Assembly (NCBI GenBank): GCA_964016885.1
Contig: OZ024745.1
Coordinates: 8,370,001-8,434,000, forward strand
DNA: 64,000 bases
From: Eledone cirrhosa
Lineage: Eukaryota
Direction: 5' to 3'
Shown: in pieces, positions 1 through 15,000 of the stretch
Numbering within the stretch: the first letter of the stretch is position 1
How the letters are laid out: each line of letters opens with the position of its first letter
Notes under the pieces: generated by a model
Database searches by the model: none
What the model was told of the DNA's origin: nothing
What the model saw: only the letters and a program-made list of their open reading frames with translations
Position numbers and translations under genes: made by a program

Positions 1-2
1 AG

Positions 3-3000
3 GTGTGTCAAGAGTTTCTGACAGTAATATCTACCATATAGGTGGTGCCAGGTGTACAATAACATGTGGAGGAGGTGTGTCAAGAGTTTCTGACAGTAAT
101 ATCTACCATATAGGTGGTGCCAGGTGTACAATAACATGTGGAGGAGGTGTGTCAAGAGTTTCTGACAGTAATATCTACCATATAGGTGGTGCCAGGTGTA
201 CAATAACATGTGGAGGTGTGTCAAGAGTTTCTGACAGTAATGTCTACCATATAGGTGGTACCAGGTGTACAATAACATGTGGAGGTGTGTCAAGAGTTTC
301 TGACAGTAATGTCTACCATATAGGTGGTGCCAGGTGTACAATAACATGTGGAGGGGATATGTCAAGAGTTTCTGACAGTAATGTCTACCATATAGGTGGT
401 GCCAGGTGTACAATAACATGTGGAGGGGATATGTCAAGAGTTTCTGACAGTAATATCTACCATATAGGTGGTGCCAGACGTACAATAACATGTGGAGGTG
501 TGTCAAGAGTTTCTGACAGTAATGTCTACCATATAGGTGGTGCCAGATGTACAATAACATGTGGATGGGATATGTCAAGAGTTTCTGACAGTAATGTCTA
601 CCATATAGGTGGTGCCAGGTGTACAATAACATGTGGAGGGGATATGTCAAGAGTTTCTGACAGTAATATCTACCATATAGGTGGTGCCAGACGTACAATA
701 ACATGTGGAGGTGTGTCAAGAGTTTCTGACAGTAATGTCTACCATATAGGTGGTGCCAGATGTACAATAACATGTGGATGGGATGTGTCAAGAGTTTCTG
801 ACAGTAATGTCTACCATATAGGTGGTGCCAGGTGTACAATAACATGTGGAGGTGTGTCAAGAGTTTCTGACAGTAATATCTACCATATAGGTGGTGCCAG
901 GTGTACAATAACATGTGGAGGTGTGTCAAGAGTTTCTGACAGTAATATCTACCATATAGTTGGTGCCAGGTGTACAATAACATGTGGAGGTGTGTCAAGA
1001 GTTTCTGGCAGTAATATCTACCATATAGGTGGTGCCAGGTGTACAATAACATGTGGAGGTGTGTCAAGAGTTTATGACAGTAATATCTACCATATAGTCG
1101 GTGCCAGGTGTACAATAACATGTGGAGGTGTGTCAAGAGTTTCTGACAGTAATATCTACCATATAGGTGGTGCCAGGTGTACAATAACATGTGGAGGAGG
1201 TGTGTCAAGAGTTTCTGACAGTAATATCTACCATATAGGTGGTGCCAGGTGTACAATAACATGTGGAGGAGGTGTGTCAAGAGTTTCTGACAGTAATATC
1301 TACCATATAGGTGGTGCCAGGTGTACAATAACATGTGGAGGAGGTGTGTCAAGAGTTTCTGACAGTAATATCTACCATATAGGTGGTGCCAGGTGTACAA
1401 TAACATTTGGAGGAGGTGTGTCAAGAGTTTCTGACAGTAATATCTACCATATAGGTGGTGCCAGGTGTACAATAACATGTGGAGGTGTGTCAAGAGTTTC
1501 TGACAGTAATGTCTACCATATAGGTGGTACCAGGTGTACAATAACATGTGGAGGTGTGTCAAGAGTTTCTGACAGTAATGTCTACCATATAGGTGGTGCC
1601 AGGTGTACAATAACATGTGGAGGGGATATGTCAAGAGTTTCTGACAGTAATATCTACCATATAGGTGGTGCCAGACGTACAATAACATGTGGAGGTGTGT
1701 CAAGAGTTTCTGACAGTAATGTCTACCATATAGGTGGTGCCAGATGTACAATAACATGTGGATGGGATGTGTCAAGAGTTTCTGACAGTAATGTCTACCA
1801 TATAGGTGGTGCCAGATGTACAATAACATGTGGATGGGATATGTCAAGAGTTTCTGACAGTAATGTCTACCATATAGGTGGTGCCAGATGTACAATAACA
1901 TGTGGATGGGATGTGTCAAGAGTTTCTGACAGTAATGACTACCATATAGGTGGTGCCAGGTGTACAATAACATGTGGAGGTGTGTCAAGAGTTTCTGACA
2001 GTAATATATACCATATAGGTGGTGCCAGGTGTACAATAACATGTGGAGGTGTGTCAAGAGTTTCTGACAGTAATGTCTACCATATAGGTTGTGCCAGGTG
2101 TACAATAACATGTGGAGGTGTGTCAAGAGTTTCTGACAGTAATATCTACCATATAGTTGGTGCCAGGTGTACAATAACATGTGGAGGTGTGTCAAGAGTT
2201 TCTGGCAGTAATATCTACCATATAGGGGGTGCCAGGTGTACAATAACATGTGGAGGTGTGTCAAGAGTTTATGACAGTAATATCTACCATATAGTCGGTG
2301 CCAGGTGTACAATAACATGTGGAGGTGTGTCAAGAGTTTCTGACAGTAATATCTACCATATAGGTGGTGCCAGGTGTACAATAACATGTGGATGGGATGT
2401 GTCAAGAGTTTCTGACAGTAATATCTACCATATAGGTGGTGCCAGGTGTACAATAACATGTGGAGGTGTGTCAAGAGTTTCTGACAGTAATGTCTACCAT
2501 ATAGGTGGTGCCAGATGTACAATAACATGTGGAGGAGGTGTGTCAAGAGTTTCTGACAGTAATATCTACCATATAGGTGGTGCCAGATGTACAATAACAT
2601 GTGGAGGATGTGTGTCAAGAGTTTCTGACAGTAATGTCTACCATATAGGTGGTGCCAGATGTACAATAACATGTGGAGGAGGTGTGTCAAGAGTTTCTGA
2701 CAGTAATATCTACCATATAGGTGGTGCCAGGTGTACAATAACATGTGGAGGAGGTGTGTCAAGAGTTTCTGACAGTAATATCTACCATATAGGTGGTGCC
2801 AGGTGTACAATAACATGTGGAGGAGGTGTGTCAAGAGTTTCTGACAGTAATATCTACCATATAGGTGGTGCCAGGTGTACAATAACATGTGGAGGAGGTG
2901 TGTCAAGAGTTTCTGACAGTAATATCTACCATATAGGTGGTGCCAGGTGTACAATAACATGTGGAGGAGGTGTGTCAAGAGTTTCTGACAGTAATATCTA

Positions 3001-6000
3001 CCATATAGGTGGTGCCAGGTGTACAATAACATGTGGAGGTGTGTCAAGAGTTTCTGACAGTAATGTCTACCATATAGGTGGTACCAGGTGTACAATAACA
3101 TGTGGAGGTGTGTCAAGAGTTTCTGACAGTAATGTCTACCATATAGGTGGTGCCAGGTGTACAATAACATGTGGAGGGGATATGTCAAGAGTTTCTGACA
3201 GTAATGTCTACCATATAGGTGGTGCCAGGTGTACAATAACATGTGGAGGGGATATGTCAAGAGTTTCTGACAGTAATATCTACCATATAGGTGGTGCCAG
3301 ACGTACAATAACATGTGGAGGTGTGTCAAGAGTTTCTGACAGTAATGTCTACCATATAGGTGGTGCCAGATGTACAATAACATGTGGATGGGATGTGTCA
3401 AGAGTTTCTGACAGTAATGTCTACCATATAGGTGGTGCCAGATGTACAATAACATGTGGATGGGATATGTCAAGAGTTTCTGACAGTAATGTCTACCATA
3501 TAGGTGGTGCCAGATGTACAATAACATGTGGAAGGGATATGTCAAGAGTTTCTGACAGTAATGTCTACCATATAGGTGGTGCCAGATGTACAATAACATG
3601 TGGATGGGATATGTCAAGAGTTTCTGACAGTAATATCTACCATATAGGTGGTGCCAGGTGTACAATAACATGTGGAGGTGTGTCAAGAGTTTCTGACAGT
3701 AATGTCTACCATATAGGTGGTGCCAGATGTACAATAACATGTGGATGGGATATGTCAAGAGTTTCTGACAGTAATGTCTACCATATAGGTGGTGCCAGGT
3801 GTACAATAACATGTGGAGGGGATATGTCAAGAGTTTCTGACAGTAATATCTACCATATAGGTGGTGCCAGACGTACAATAACATGTGGAGGTGTGTCAAG
3901 AGTTTCTGACAGTAATGTCTACCATATAGGTGGTGCCAGATGTACAATAACATGTGGATGGGATGTGTCAAGAGTTTCTGACAGTAATGTCTACCATATA
4001 GGTGGTGCCAGGTGTACAATAACATGTGGAGGTGTGTCAAGAGTTTCTGACAGTAATATCTACCATATAGGTGGTGCCAGGTGTACAATAACATGTGGAG
4101 GTGTGTCAAGAGTTTCTGACAGTAATATCTACCATATAGTTGGTGCCAGGTGTACAATAACATGTGGAGGTGTGTCAAGAGTTTCTGGCAGTAATATCTA
4201 CCATATAGGTGGTGCCAGGTGTACAATAACATGTGGAGGTGTGTCAAGAGTTTATGACAGTAATATCTACCATATAGTCGGTGCCAGGTGTACAATAACA
4301 TGTGGAGGTGTGTCAAGAGTTTCTGACAGTAATATCTACCATATAGGTGGTGCCAGGTGTACAATAACATGTGGAGGAGGTGTGTCAAGAGTTTCTGACA
4401 GTAATATCTACCATATAGTTGGTGCCAGGTGTACAATAACATGTGGAGGAGGTGTGTCAAGAGTTTCTGACAGTAATATCTACCATATAGGTGGTGCCAG
4501 GTGTACAATAACATTTGGAGGAGGTGTGTCAAGAGTTTCTGACAGTAATATCTACCATATAGGTGGTGCCAGGTGTACAATAACATGTGGAGGTGTGTCA
4601 AGAGTTTCTGACAGTAATGTCTACCATATAGGTGGTACCAGGTGTACAATAACATGTGGAGGTGTGTCAAGAGTTTCTGACAGTAATGTCTACCATATAG
4701 GTGGTGCCAGGTGTACAATAACATGTGGAGGGGATATGTCAAGAGTTTCTGACAGTAATGTCTACCATATAGGTGGTGCCAGGTGTACAATAACATGTGG
4801 AGGGGATATGTCAAGAGTTTCTGACAGTAATATCTACCATATAGGTGGTGCCAGACGTACAATAACATGTGGAGGTGTGTCAAGAGTTTCTGACAGTAAT
4901 GTCTACCATATAGGTGGTGCCAGATGTACAATAACATGTGGATGGGATGTGTCAAGAGTTTCTGACAGTAATGTCTACCATATAGGTGGTGCCAGATGTA
5001 CAATAACATGTGGATGGGATATGTCAAGAGTTTCTGACAGTAATGTCTACCATATAGGTGGTGCCAGATGTACAATAACATGTGGATGGGATGTGTCAAG
5101 AGTTTCTGACAGTAATGACTACCATATAGGTGGTGCCAGGTGTACAATAACATGTGGAGGTGTGTCAAGAGTTTCTGACAGTAATATATACCATATAGGT
5201 GGTGCCAGGTGTACAATAACATGTGGAGGTGTGTCAAGAGTTTCTGACAGTAATGTCTACCATATAGGTGGTGCCAGGTGTACAATAACATGTGGAGGTG
5301 TGTCAAGAGTTTCTGACAGTAATATCTACCATATAGTTGGTGCCAGGTGTACAATAACATGTGGAGGTGTGTCAAGAGTTTCTGGCAGTAATATCTACCA
5401 TATAGGGGGTGCCAGGTGTACAATAACATGTGGAGGTGTGTCAAGAGTTTATGACAGTAATATCTACCATATAGTCGGTGCCAGGTGTACAATAACATGT
5501 GGAGGTGTGTCAAGAGTTTCTGACAGTAATATCTACCATATAGGTGGTGCCAGGTGTACAATAACATGTGGATGGGATGTGTCAAGAGTTTCTGACAGTA
5601 ATATCTACCATATAGGTGGTGCCAGGTGTACAATAACATGTGGAGGTGTGTCAAGAGTTTCTGACAGTAATGTCTACCATATAGGTGGTGCCAGATGTAC
5701 AATAACATGTGGAGGAGGTGTGTCAAGAGTTTCTGACAGTAATATCTACCATATAGGTGGTGCCAGATGTACAATAACATGTGGAGGATGTGTGTCAAGA
5801 GTTTCTGACAGTAATGTCTACCATATAGGTGGTGCCAGATGTACAATAACATGTGGAGGAGGTGTGTCAAGAGTTTCTGACAGTAATATCTACCATATAG
5901 GTGGTGCCAGGTGTACAATAACATGTGGAGGAGGTGTGTCAAGAGTTTCTGACAGTAATATCTACCATATAGGTGGTGCCAGGTGTACAATAACATGTGG

Positions 6001-9000
6001 AGGAGGTGTGTCAAGAGTTTCTGACAGTAATATCTACCATATAGGTGGTGCCAGGTGTACAATAACATGTGGAGGAGGTGTGTCAAGAGTTTCTGACAGT
6101 AATATCTACCATATAGGTGGTGCCAGGTGTACAATAACATGTGGAGGAGGTGTGTCAAGAGTTTCTGACAGTAATATCTACCATATAGGTGGTGCCAGGT
6201 GTACAATAACATGTGGAGGTGTGTCAAGAGTTTCTGACAGTAATGTCTACCATATAGGTGGTACCAGGTGTACAATAACATGTGGAGGTGTGTCAAGAGT
6301 TTCTGACAGTAATGTCTACCATATAGGTGGTGCCAGGTGTACAATAACATGTGGAGGGGATATGTCAAGAGTTTCTGACAGTAATGTCTACCATATAGGT
6401 GGTGCCAGGTGTACAATAACATGTGGAGGGGATATGTCAAGAGTTTCTGACAGTAATATCTACCATATAGGTGGTGCCAGACGTACAATAACATGTGGAG
6501 GTGTGTCAAGAGTTTCTGACAGTAATGTCTACCATATAGGTGGTGCCAGATGTACAATAACATGTGGATGGGATGTGTCAAGAGTTTCTGACAGTAATGT
6601 CTACCATATAGGTGGTGCCAGATGTACAATAACATGTGGATGGGATATGTCAAGAGTTTCTGACAGTAATGTCTACCATATAGGTGGTGCCAGATGTACA
6701 ATAACATGTGGAAGGGATATGTCAAGAGTTTCTGACAGTAATGTCTACCATATAGGTGGTGCCAGATGTACAATAACATGTGGATGGGATATGTCAAGAG
6801 TTTCTGACAGTAATATCTACCATATAGGTGGTGCCAGGTGTACAATAACATGTGGAGGTGTGTCAAGAGTTTCTGACAGTAATGTCTACCATATAGGTGG
6901 TGCCAGATGTACAATAACATGTGGATGGGATATGTCAAGAGTTTCTGACAGTAATGTCTACCATATAGGTGGTGCCAGGTGTACAATAACATGTGGAGGG
7001 GATATGTCAAGAGTTTCTGACAGTAATATCTACCATATAGGTGGTGCCAGACGTACAATAACATGTGGAGGTGTGTCAAGAGTTTCTGACAGTAATGTCT
7101 ACCATATAGGTGGTGCCAGATGTACAATAACATGTGGATGGGATGTGTCAAGAGTTTCTGACAGTAATGTCTACCATATAGGTGGTGCCAGGTGTACAAT
7201 AACATGTGGAGGTGTGTCAAGAGTTTCTGACAGTAATATCTACCATATAGGTGGTGCCAGGTGTACAATAACATGTGGAGGTGTGTCAAGAGTTTCTGAC
7301 AGTAATATCTACCATATAGTTGGTGCCAGGTGTACAATAACATGTGGAGGTGTGTCAAGAGTTTCTGGCAGTAATATCTACCATATAGGTGGTGCCAGGT
7401 GTACAATAACATGTGGAGGTGTGTCAAGAGTTTATGACAGTAATATCTACCATATAGTCGGTGCCAGGTGTACAATAACATGTGGAGGTGTGTCAAGAGT
7501 TTCTGACAGTAATATCTACCATATAGGTGGTGCCAGGTGTACAATAACATGTGGAGGAGGTGTGTCAAGAGTTTCTGACAGTAATATCTACCATATAGGT
7601 GGTGCCAGGTGTACAATAACATGTGGAGGAGGTGTGTCAAGAGTTTCTGACAGTAATATCTACCATATAGGTGGTGCCAGGTGTACAATAACATTTGGAG
7701 GAGGTGTGTCAAGAGTTTCTGACAGTAATATCTACCATATAGGTGGTGCCAGGTGTACAATAACATGTGGAGGTGTGTCAAGAGTTTCTGACAGTAATGT
7801 CTACCATATAGGTGGTACCAGGTGTACAATAACATGTGGAGGTGTGTCAAGAGTTTCTGACAGTAATGTCTACCATATAGGTGGTGCCAGGTGTACAATA
7901 ACATGTGGAGGGGATATGTCAAGAGTTTCTGACAGTAATGTCTACCATATAGGTGGTGCCAGGTGTACAATAACATGTGGAGGGGATATGTCAAGAGTTT
8001 CTGACAGTAATATCTACCATATAGGTGGTGCCAGACGTACAATAACATGTGGAGGTGTGTCAAGAGTTTCTGACAGTAATGTCTACCATATAGGTGGTGC
8101 CAGATGTACAATAACATGTGGATGGGATGTGTCAAGAGTTTCTGACAGTAATGTCTACCATATAGGTGGTGCCAGATGTACAATAACATGTGGATGGGAT
8201 ATGTCAAGAGTTTCTGACAGTAATGTCTACCATATAGGTGGTGCCAGATGTACAATAACATGTGGATGGGATGTGTCAAGAGTTTCTGACAGTAATGACT
8301 ACCATATAGGTGGTGCCAGGTGTACAATAACATGTGGAGGTGTGTCAAGAGTTTCTGACAGTAATATATACCATATAGGTGGTGCCAGGTGTACAATAAC
8401 ATGTGGAGGTGTGTCAAGAGTTTCTGACAGTAATGTCTACCATATAGGTGGTGCCAGGTGTACAATAACATGTGGAGGTGTGTCAAGAGTTTCTGACAGT
8501 AATATCTACCATATAGTTGGTGCCAGGTGTACAATAACATGTGGAGGTGTGTCAAGAGTTTCTGGCAGTAATATCTACCATATAGGGGGTGCCAGGTGTA
8601 CAATAACATGTGGAGGTGTGTCAAGAGTTTATGACAGTAATATCTACCATATAGTCGGTGCCAGGTGTACAATAACATGTGGAGGTGTGTCAAGAGTTTC
8701 TGACAGTAATATCTACCATATAGGTGGTGCCAGGTGTACAATAACATGTGGATGGGATGTGTCAAGAGTTTCTGACAGTAATATCTACCATATAGGTGGT
8801 GCCAGGTGTACAATAACATGTGGAGGTGTGTCAAGAGTTTCTGACAGTAATGTCTACCATATAGGTGGTGCCAGATGTACAATAACATGTGGAGGAGGTG
8901 TGTCAAGAGTTTCTGACAGTAATATCTACCATATAGGTGGTGCCAGATGTACAATAACATGTGGAGGATGTGTGTCAAGAGTTTCTGACAGTAATGTCTA

Positions 9001-12000
9001 CCATATAGGTGGTGCCAGATGTACAATAACATGTGGAGGAGGTGTGTCAAGAGTTTCTGACAGTAATATCTACCATATAGGTGGTGCCAGGTGTACAATA
9101 ACATGTGGAGGAGGTGTGTCAAGAGTTTCTGACAGTAATATCTACCATATAGGTGGTGCCAGGTGTACAATAACATGTGGAGGAGGTGTGTCAAGAGTTT
9201 CTGACAGTAATATCTACCATATAGGTGGTGCCAGGTGTACAATAACATGTGGAGGAGGTGTGTCAAGAGTTTCTGACAGTAATATCTACCATATAGGTGG
9301 TGCCAGGTGTACAATAACATGTGGAGGAGGTGTGTCAAGAGTTTCTGACAGTAATATCTACCATATAGGTGGTGCCAGGTGTACAATAACATGTGGAGGT
9401 GTGTCAAGAGTTTCTGACAGTAATGTCTACCATATAGGTGGTACCAGGTGTACAATAACATGTGGAGGTGTGTCAAGAGTTTCTGACAGTAATGTCTACC
9501 ATATAGGTGGTGCCAGGTGTACAATAACATGTGGAGGGGATATGTCAAGAGTTTCTGACAGTAATGTCTACCATATAGGTGGTGCCAGGTGTACAATAAC
9601 ATGTGGAGGGGATATGTCAAGAGTTTCTGACAGTAATATCTACCATATAGGTGGTGCCAGACGTACAATAACATGTGGAGGTGTGTCAAGAGTTTCTGAC
9701 AGTAATGTCTACCATATAGGTGGTGCCAGATGTACAATAACATGTGGATGGGATGTGTCAAGAGTTTCTGACAGTAATGTCTACCATATAGGTGGTGCCA
9801 GATGTACAATAACATGTGGATGGGATATGTCAAGAGTTTCTGACAGTAATGTCTACCATATAGGTGGTGCCAGATGTACAATAACATGTGGAAGGGATAT
9901 GTCAAGAGTTTCTGACAGTAATGTCTACCATATAGGTGGTGCCAGATGTACAATAACATGTGGATGGGATATGTCAAGAGTTTCTGACAGTAATATCTAC
10001 CATATAGGTGGTGCCAGGTGTACAATAACATGTGGAGGTGTGTCAAGAGTTTCTGACAGTAATATATACCATATAGGTGGTGCCAGGTGTACAATAACAT
10101 GTGGAGGTGTGTCAAGAGTTTCTGACAGTAATGTCTACCATATAGGTGGTGCCAGGTGTACAATAACATGTGGAGGTGTGTCAAGAGTTTCTGACAGTAA
10201 TATCTACCATATAGTTGGTGCCAGGTGTACAATAACATGTGGAGGTGTGTCAAGAGTTTCTGGCAGTAATATCTACCATATAGGGGGTGCCAGGTGTACA
10301 ATAACATGTGGAGGTGTGTCAAGAGTTTATGACAGTAATATCTACCATATAGTCGGTGCCAGGTGTACAATAACATGTGGAGGTGTGTCAAGAGTTTCTG
10401 ACAGTAATATCTACCATATAGGTGGTGCCAGGTGTACAATAACATGTGGATGGGATGTGTCAAGAGTTTCTGACAGTAATATCTACCATATAGGTGGTGC
10501 CAGGTGTACAATAACATGTGGAGGTGTGTCAAGAGTTTCTGACAGTAATGTCTACCATATAGGTGGTGCCAGATGTACAATAACATGTGGAGGAGGTGTG
10601 TCAAGAGTTTCTGACAGTAATATCTACCATATAGGTGGTGCCAGATGTACAATAACATGTGGAGGATGTGTGTCAAGAGTTTCTGACAGTAATGTCTACC
10701 ATATAGGTGGTGCCAGATGTACAATAACATGTGGAGGAGGTGTGTCAAGAGTTTCTGACAGTAATATCTACCATATAGGTGGTGCCAGGTGTACAATAAC
10801 ATGTGGAGGAGGTGTGTCAAGAGTTTCTGACAGTAATATCTACCATATAGGTGGTGCCAGGTGTACAATAACATGTGGAGGAGGTGTGTCAAGAGTTTCT
10901 GACAGTAATATCTACCATATAGGTGGTGCCAGGTGTACAATAACATGTGGAGGAGGTGTGTCAAGAGTTTCTGACAGTAATATCTACCATATAGGTGGTG
11001 CCAGGTGTACAATAACATGTGGAGGAGGTGTGTCAAGAGTTTCTGACAGTAATATCTACCATATAGGTGGTGCCAGGTGTACAATAACATGTGGAGGTGT
11101 GTCAAGAGTTTCTGACAGTAATGTCTACCATATAGGTGGTACCAGGTGTACAATAACATGTGGAGGTGTGTCAAGAGTTTCTGACAGTAATGTCTACCAT
11201 ATAGGTGGTGCCAGGTGTACAATAACATGTGGAGGGGATATGTCAAGAGTTTCTGACAGTAATGTCTACCATATAGGTGGTGCCAGGTGTACAATAACAT
11301 GTGGAGGGGATATGTCAAGAGTTTCTGACAGTAATATCTACCATATAGGTGGTGCCAGACGTACAATAACATGTGGAGGTGTGTCAAGAGTTTCTGACAG
11401 TAATGTCTACCATATAGGTGGTGCCAGATGTACAATAACATGTGGATGGGATGTGTCAAGAGTTTCTGACAGTAATGTCTACCATATAGGTGGTGCCAGA
11501 TGTACAATAACATGTGGATGGGATATGTCAAGAGTTTCTGACAGTAATGTCTACCATATAGGTGGTGCCAGATGTACAATAACATGTGGAAGGGATATGT
11601 CAAGAGTTTCTGACAGTAATGTCTACCATATAGGTGGTGCCAGATGTACAATAACATGTGGATGGGATATGTCAAGAGTTTCTGACAGTAATATCTACCA
11701 TATAGGTGGTGCCAGGTGTACAATAACATGTGGAGGTGTGTCAAGAGTTTCTGACAGTAATGTCTACCATATAGGTGGTGCCAGATGTACAATAACATGT
11801 GGAGGAGGTGTGTCAAGAGTTTCTGACAGTAATATCTACCATATAGGTGGTGCCAGATGTACAATAACATGTGGAGGATGTGTGTCAAGAGTTTCTGACA
11901 GTAATGTCTACCATATAGGTGGTGCCAGATGTACAATAACATGTGGAGGAGGTGTGTCAAGAGTTTCTGACAGTAATATCTACCATATAGGTGGTGCCAG

Positions 12001-15000
12001 GTGTACAATAACATGTGGAGGAGGTGTGTCAAGAGTTTCTGACAGTAATATCTACCATATAGGTGGTGCCAGGTGTACAATAACATGTGGAGGAGGTGTG
12101 TCAAGAGTTTCTGACAGTAATATCTACCATATAGGTGGTGCCAGGTGTACAATAACATGTGGAGGAGGTGTGTCAAGAGTTTCTGACAGTAATATCTACC
12201 ATATAGGTGGTGCCAGGTGTACAATAACATGTGGAGGAGGTGTGTCAAGAGTTTCTGACAGTAATATCTACCATATAGGTGGTGCCAGGTGTACAATAAC
12301 ATGTGGAGGTGTGTCAAGAGTTTCTGACAGTAATGTCTACCATATAGGTGGTACCAGGTGTACAATAACATGTGGAGGTGTGTCAAGAGTTTCTGACAGT
12401 AATGTCTACCATATAGGTGGTGCCAGGTGTACAATAACATGTGGAGGGGATATGTCAAGAGTTTCTGACAGTAATGTCTACCATATAGGTGGTGCCAGGT
12501 GTACAATAACATGTGGAGGGGATATGTCAAGAGTTTCTGACAGTAATATCTACCATATAGGTGGTGCCAGACGTACAATAACATGTGGAGGTGTGTCAAG
12601 AGTTTCTGACAGTAATGTCTACCATATAGGTGGTGCCAGATGTACAATAACATGTGGATGGGATGTGTCAAGAGTTTCTGACAGTAATGTCTACCATATA
12701 GGTGGTGCCAGATGTACAATAACATGTGGATGGGATATGTCAAGAGTTTCTGACAGTAATGTCTACCATATAGGTGGTGCCAGATGTACAATAACATGTG
12801 GAAGGGATATGTCAAGAGTTTCTGACAGTAATGTCTACCATATAGGTGGTGCCAGATGTACAATAACATGTGGATGGGATATGTCAAGAGTTTCTGACAG
12901 TAATGTCTACCATATAGGTGGTGCCAGATGTACAATAACATGTGGATGGGATGTGTCAAGAGTTTCTGACAGTAATGTCTACCATATAGGTGGTGCCAGG
13001 TGTACAATAACATGTGGAGGTGTGTCAAGAGTTTCTGACAGTAATATCTACCATATAGGTGGTGCCAGGTGTACAATAACATGTGGAGGTGTGTCAAGAG
13101 TTTCTGACAGTAATATCTACCATATAGTTGGTGCCAGGTGTACAATAACATGTGGGGGTGTGTCAAGAGTTTCTGGCAGTAATATCTACCATATAGGTGG
13201 TGCCAGGTGTACAATAACATGTGGAGGTGTGTCAAGAGTTTCTGACAGTAATGTCTACCATATAGGTGGTACCAGGTGTACAATAACATGTGGAGGTGTG
13301 TCAAGAGTTTCTGACAGTAATGTCTACCATATAGGTGGTGCCAGGTGTACAATAACATGTGGAGGGGATATGTCAAGAGTTTCTGACAGTAATGTCTACC
13401 ATATAGGTGGTGCCAGGTGTACAATAACATGTGGAGGGGATATGTCAAGAGTTTCTGACAGTAATATCTACCATATAGGTGGTGCCAGACGTACAATAAC
13501 ATGTGGAGGTGTGTCAAGAGTTTCTGACAGTAATGTCTACCATATAGGTGGTGCCAGATGTACAATAACATGTGGATGGGATGTGTCATGAGTTTCTGAC
13601 AGTAATGTCTACCATATAGGTGGTGCCAGGTGTACAATAACATGTGGAGGTGTGTCAAGAGTTTCTGACAGTAATATCTACCATATAGGTGGTGCCAGGT
13701 GTACAATAACATGTGGAGGTGTGTCAAGAGTTTCTGACAGTAATATCTACCATATAGTTGGTGCCAGGTGTACAATAACATGTGGAGGTGTGTCAAGAGT
13801 TTCTGGCAGTAATATCTACCATATAGGTGGTGCCAGGTGTACAATAACATGTGGAGGTGTGTCAAGAGTTTATGACAGTAATATCTACCATATAGTCGGT
13901 GCCAGGTGTACAATAACATGTGGAGGTGTGTCAAGAGTTTCTGACAGTAATATCTACCATATAGGTGGTGCCAGGTGTACAATAACATGTGGAGGAGGTG
14001 TGTCAAGAGTTTCTGAAAGTAATATCTACCATATAGGTGGTGCCAGGTGTACAATAACATGTGGAGGAGGTGTGACAAGAGTTTCTGACAGTAATATCTA
14101 CCATATAGGTGGTGCCAGGTGTACAATAACATGTGGAGGAGGTGTGTCAAGAGTTTCTGACAGTAATATCTACCATATAGGTGGTGCCAGGTGTACAATA
14201 ACATGTGGAGGAGGTGTGTCAAGAGTTTCTGACAGTAATATCTACCATATAGGTGGTGCCAGGTGTACAATAACATGTGGAGGTGTGTCAAGAGTTTCTG
14301 ACAGTAATGTCTACCATATAGGTGGTACCAGGTGTACAATAACATGTGGAGGTGTGTCAAGAGTTTCTGACAGTAATGTCTACCATATAGGTGGTGCCAG
14401 GTGTACAATAACATGTGGAGGGGATATGTCAAGAGTTTCTGACAGTAATGTCTACCATATAGGTGGTGCCAGGTGTACAATAACATGTGGAGGGGATATG
14501 TCAAGAGTTTCTGACAGTAATATCTACCATATAGGTGGTGCCAGACGTACAATAACATGTGGAGGTGTGTCAAGAGTTTCTGACAGTAATGTCTACCATA
14601 TAGGTGGTGCCAGATGTACAATAACATGTGGATGGGATGTGTCAAGAGTTTCTGACAGTAATGTCTACCATATAGGTGGTGCCAGATGTACAATAACATG
14701 TGGATGGGATATGTCAAGAGTTTCTGACAGTAATGTCTACCATATAGGTGGTGCCAGATGTACAATAACATGTGGATGGGATGTGTCAAGAGTTTCTGAC
14801 AGTAATGTCTACCATATAGGTGGTGCCAGGTGTACAATAACATGTCGAGGTGTGTCAAGAGTTTCTGACAGTAATATCTACCATATAGGTGGTGCCAGGT
14901 GTACAATAACATGTGGAGGTGTGTCAAGAGTTTCTGACAGTAATATCTACCATATAGTTGGTGCCAGGTGTACAATAACATGTGGGGGTGTGTCAAGAGT

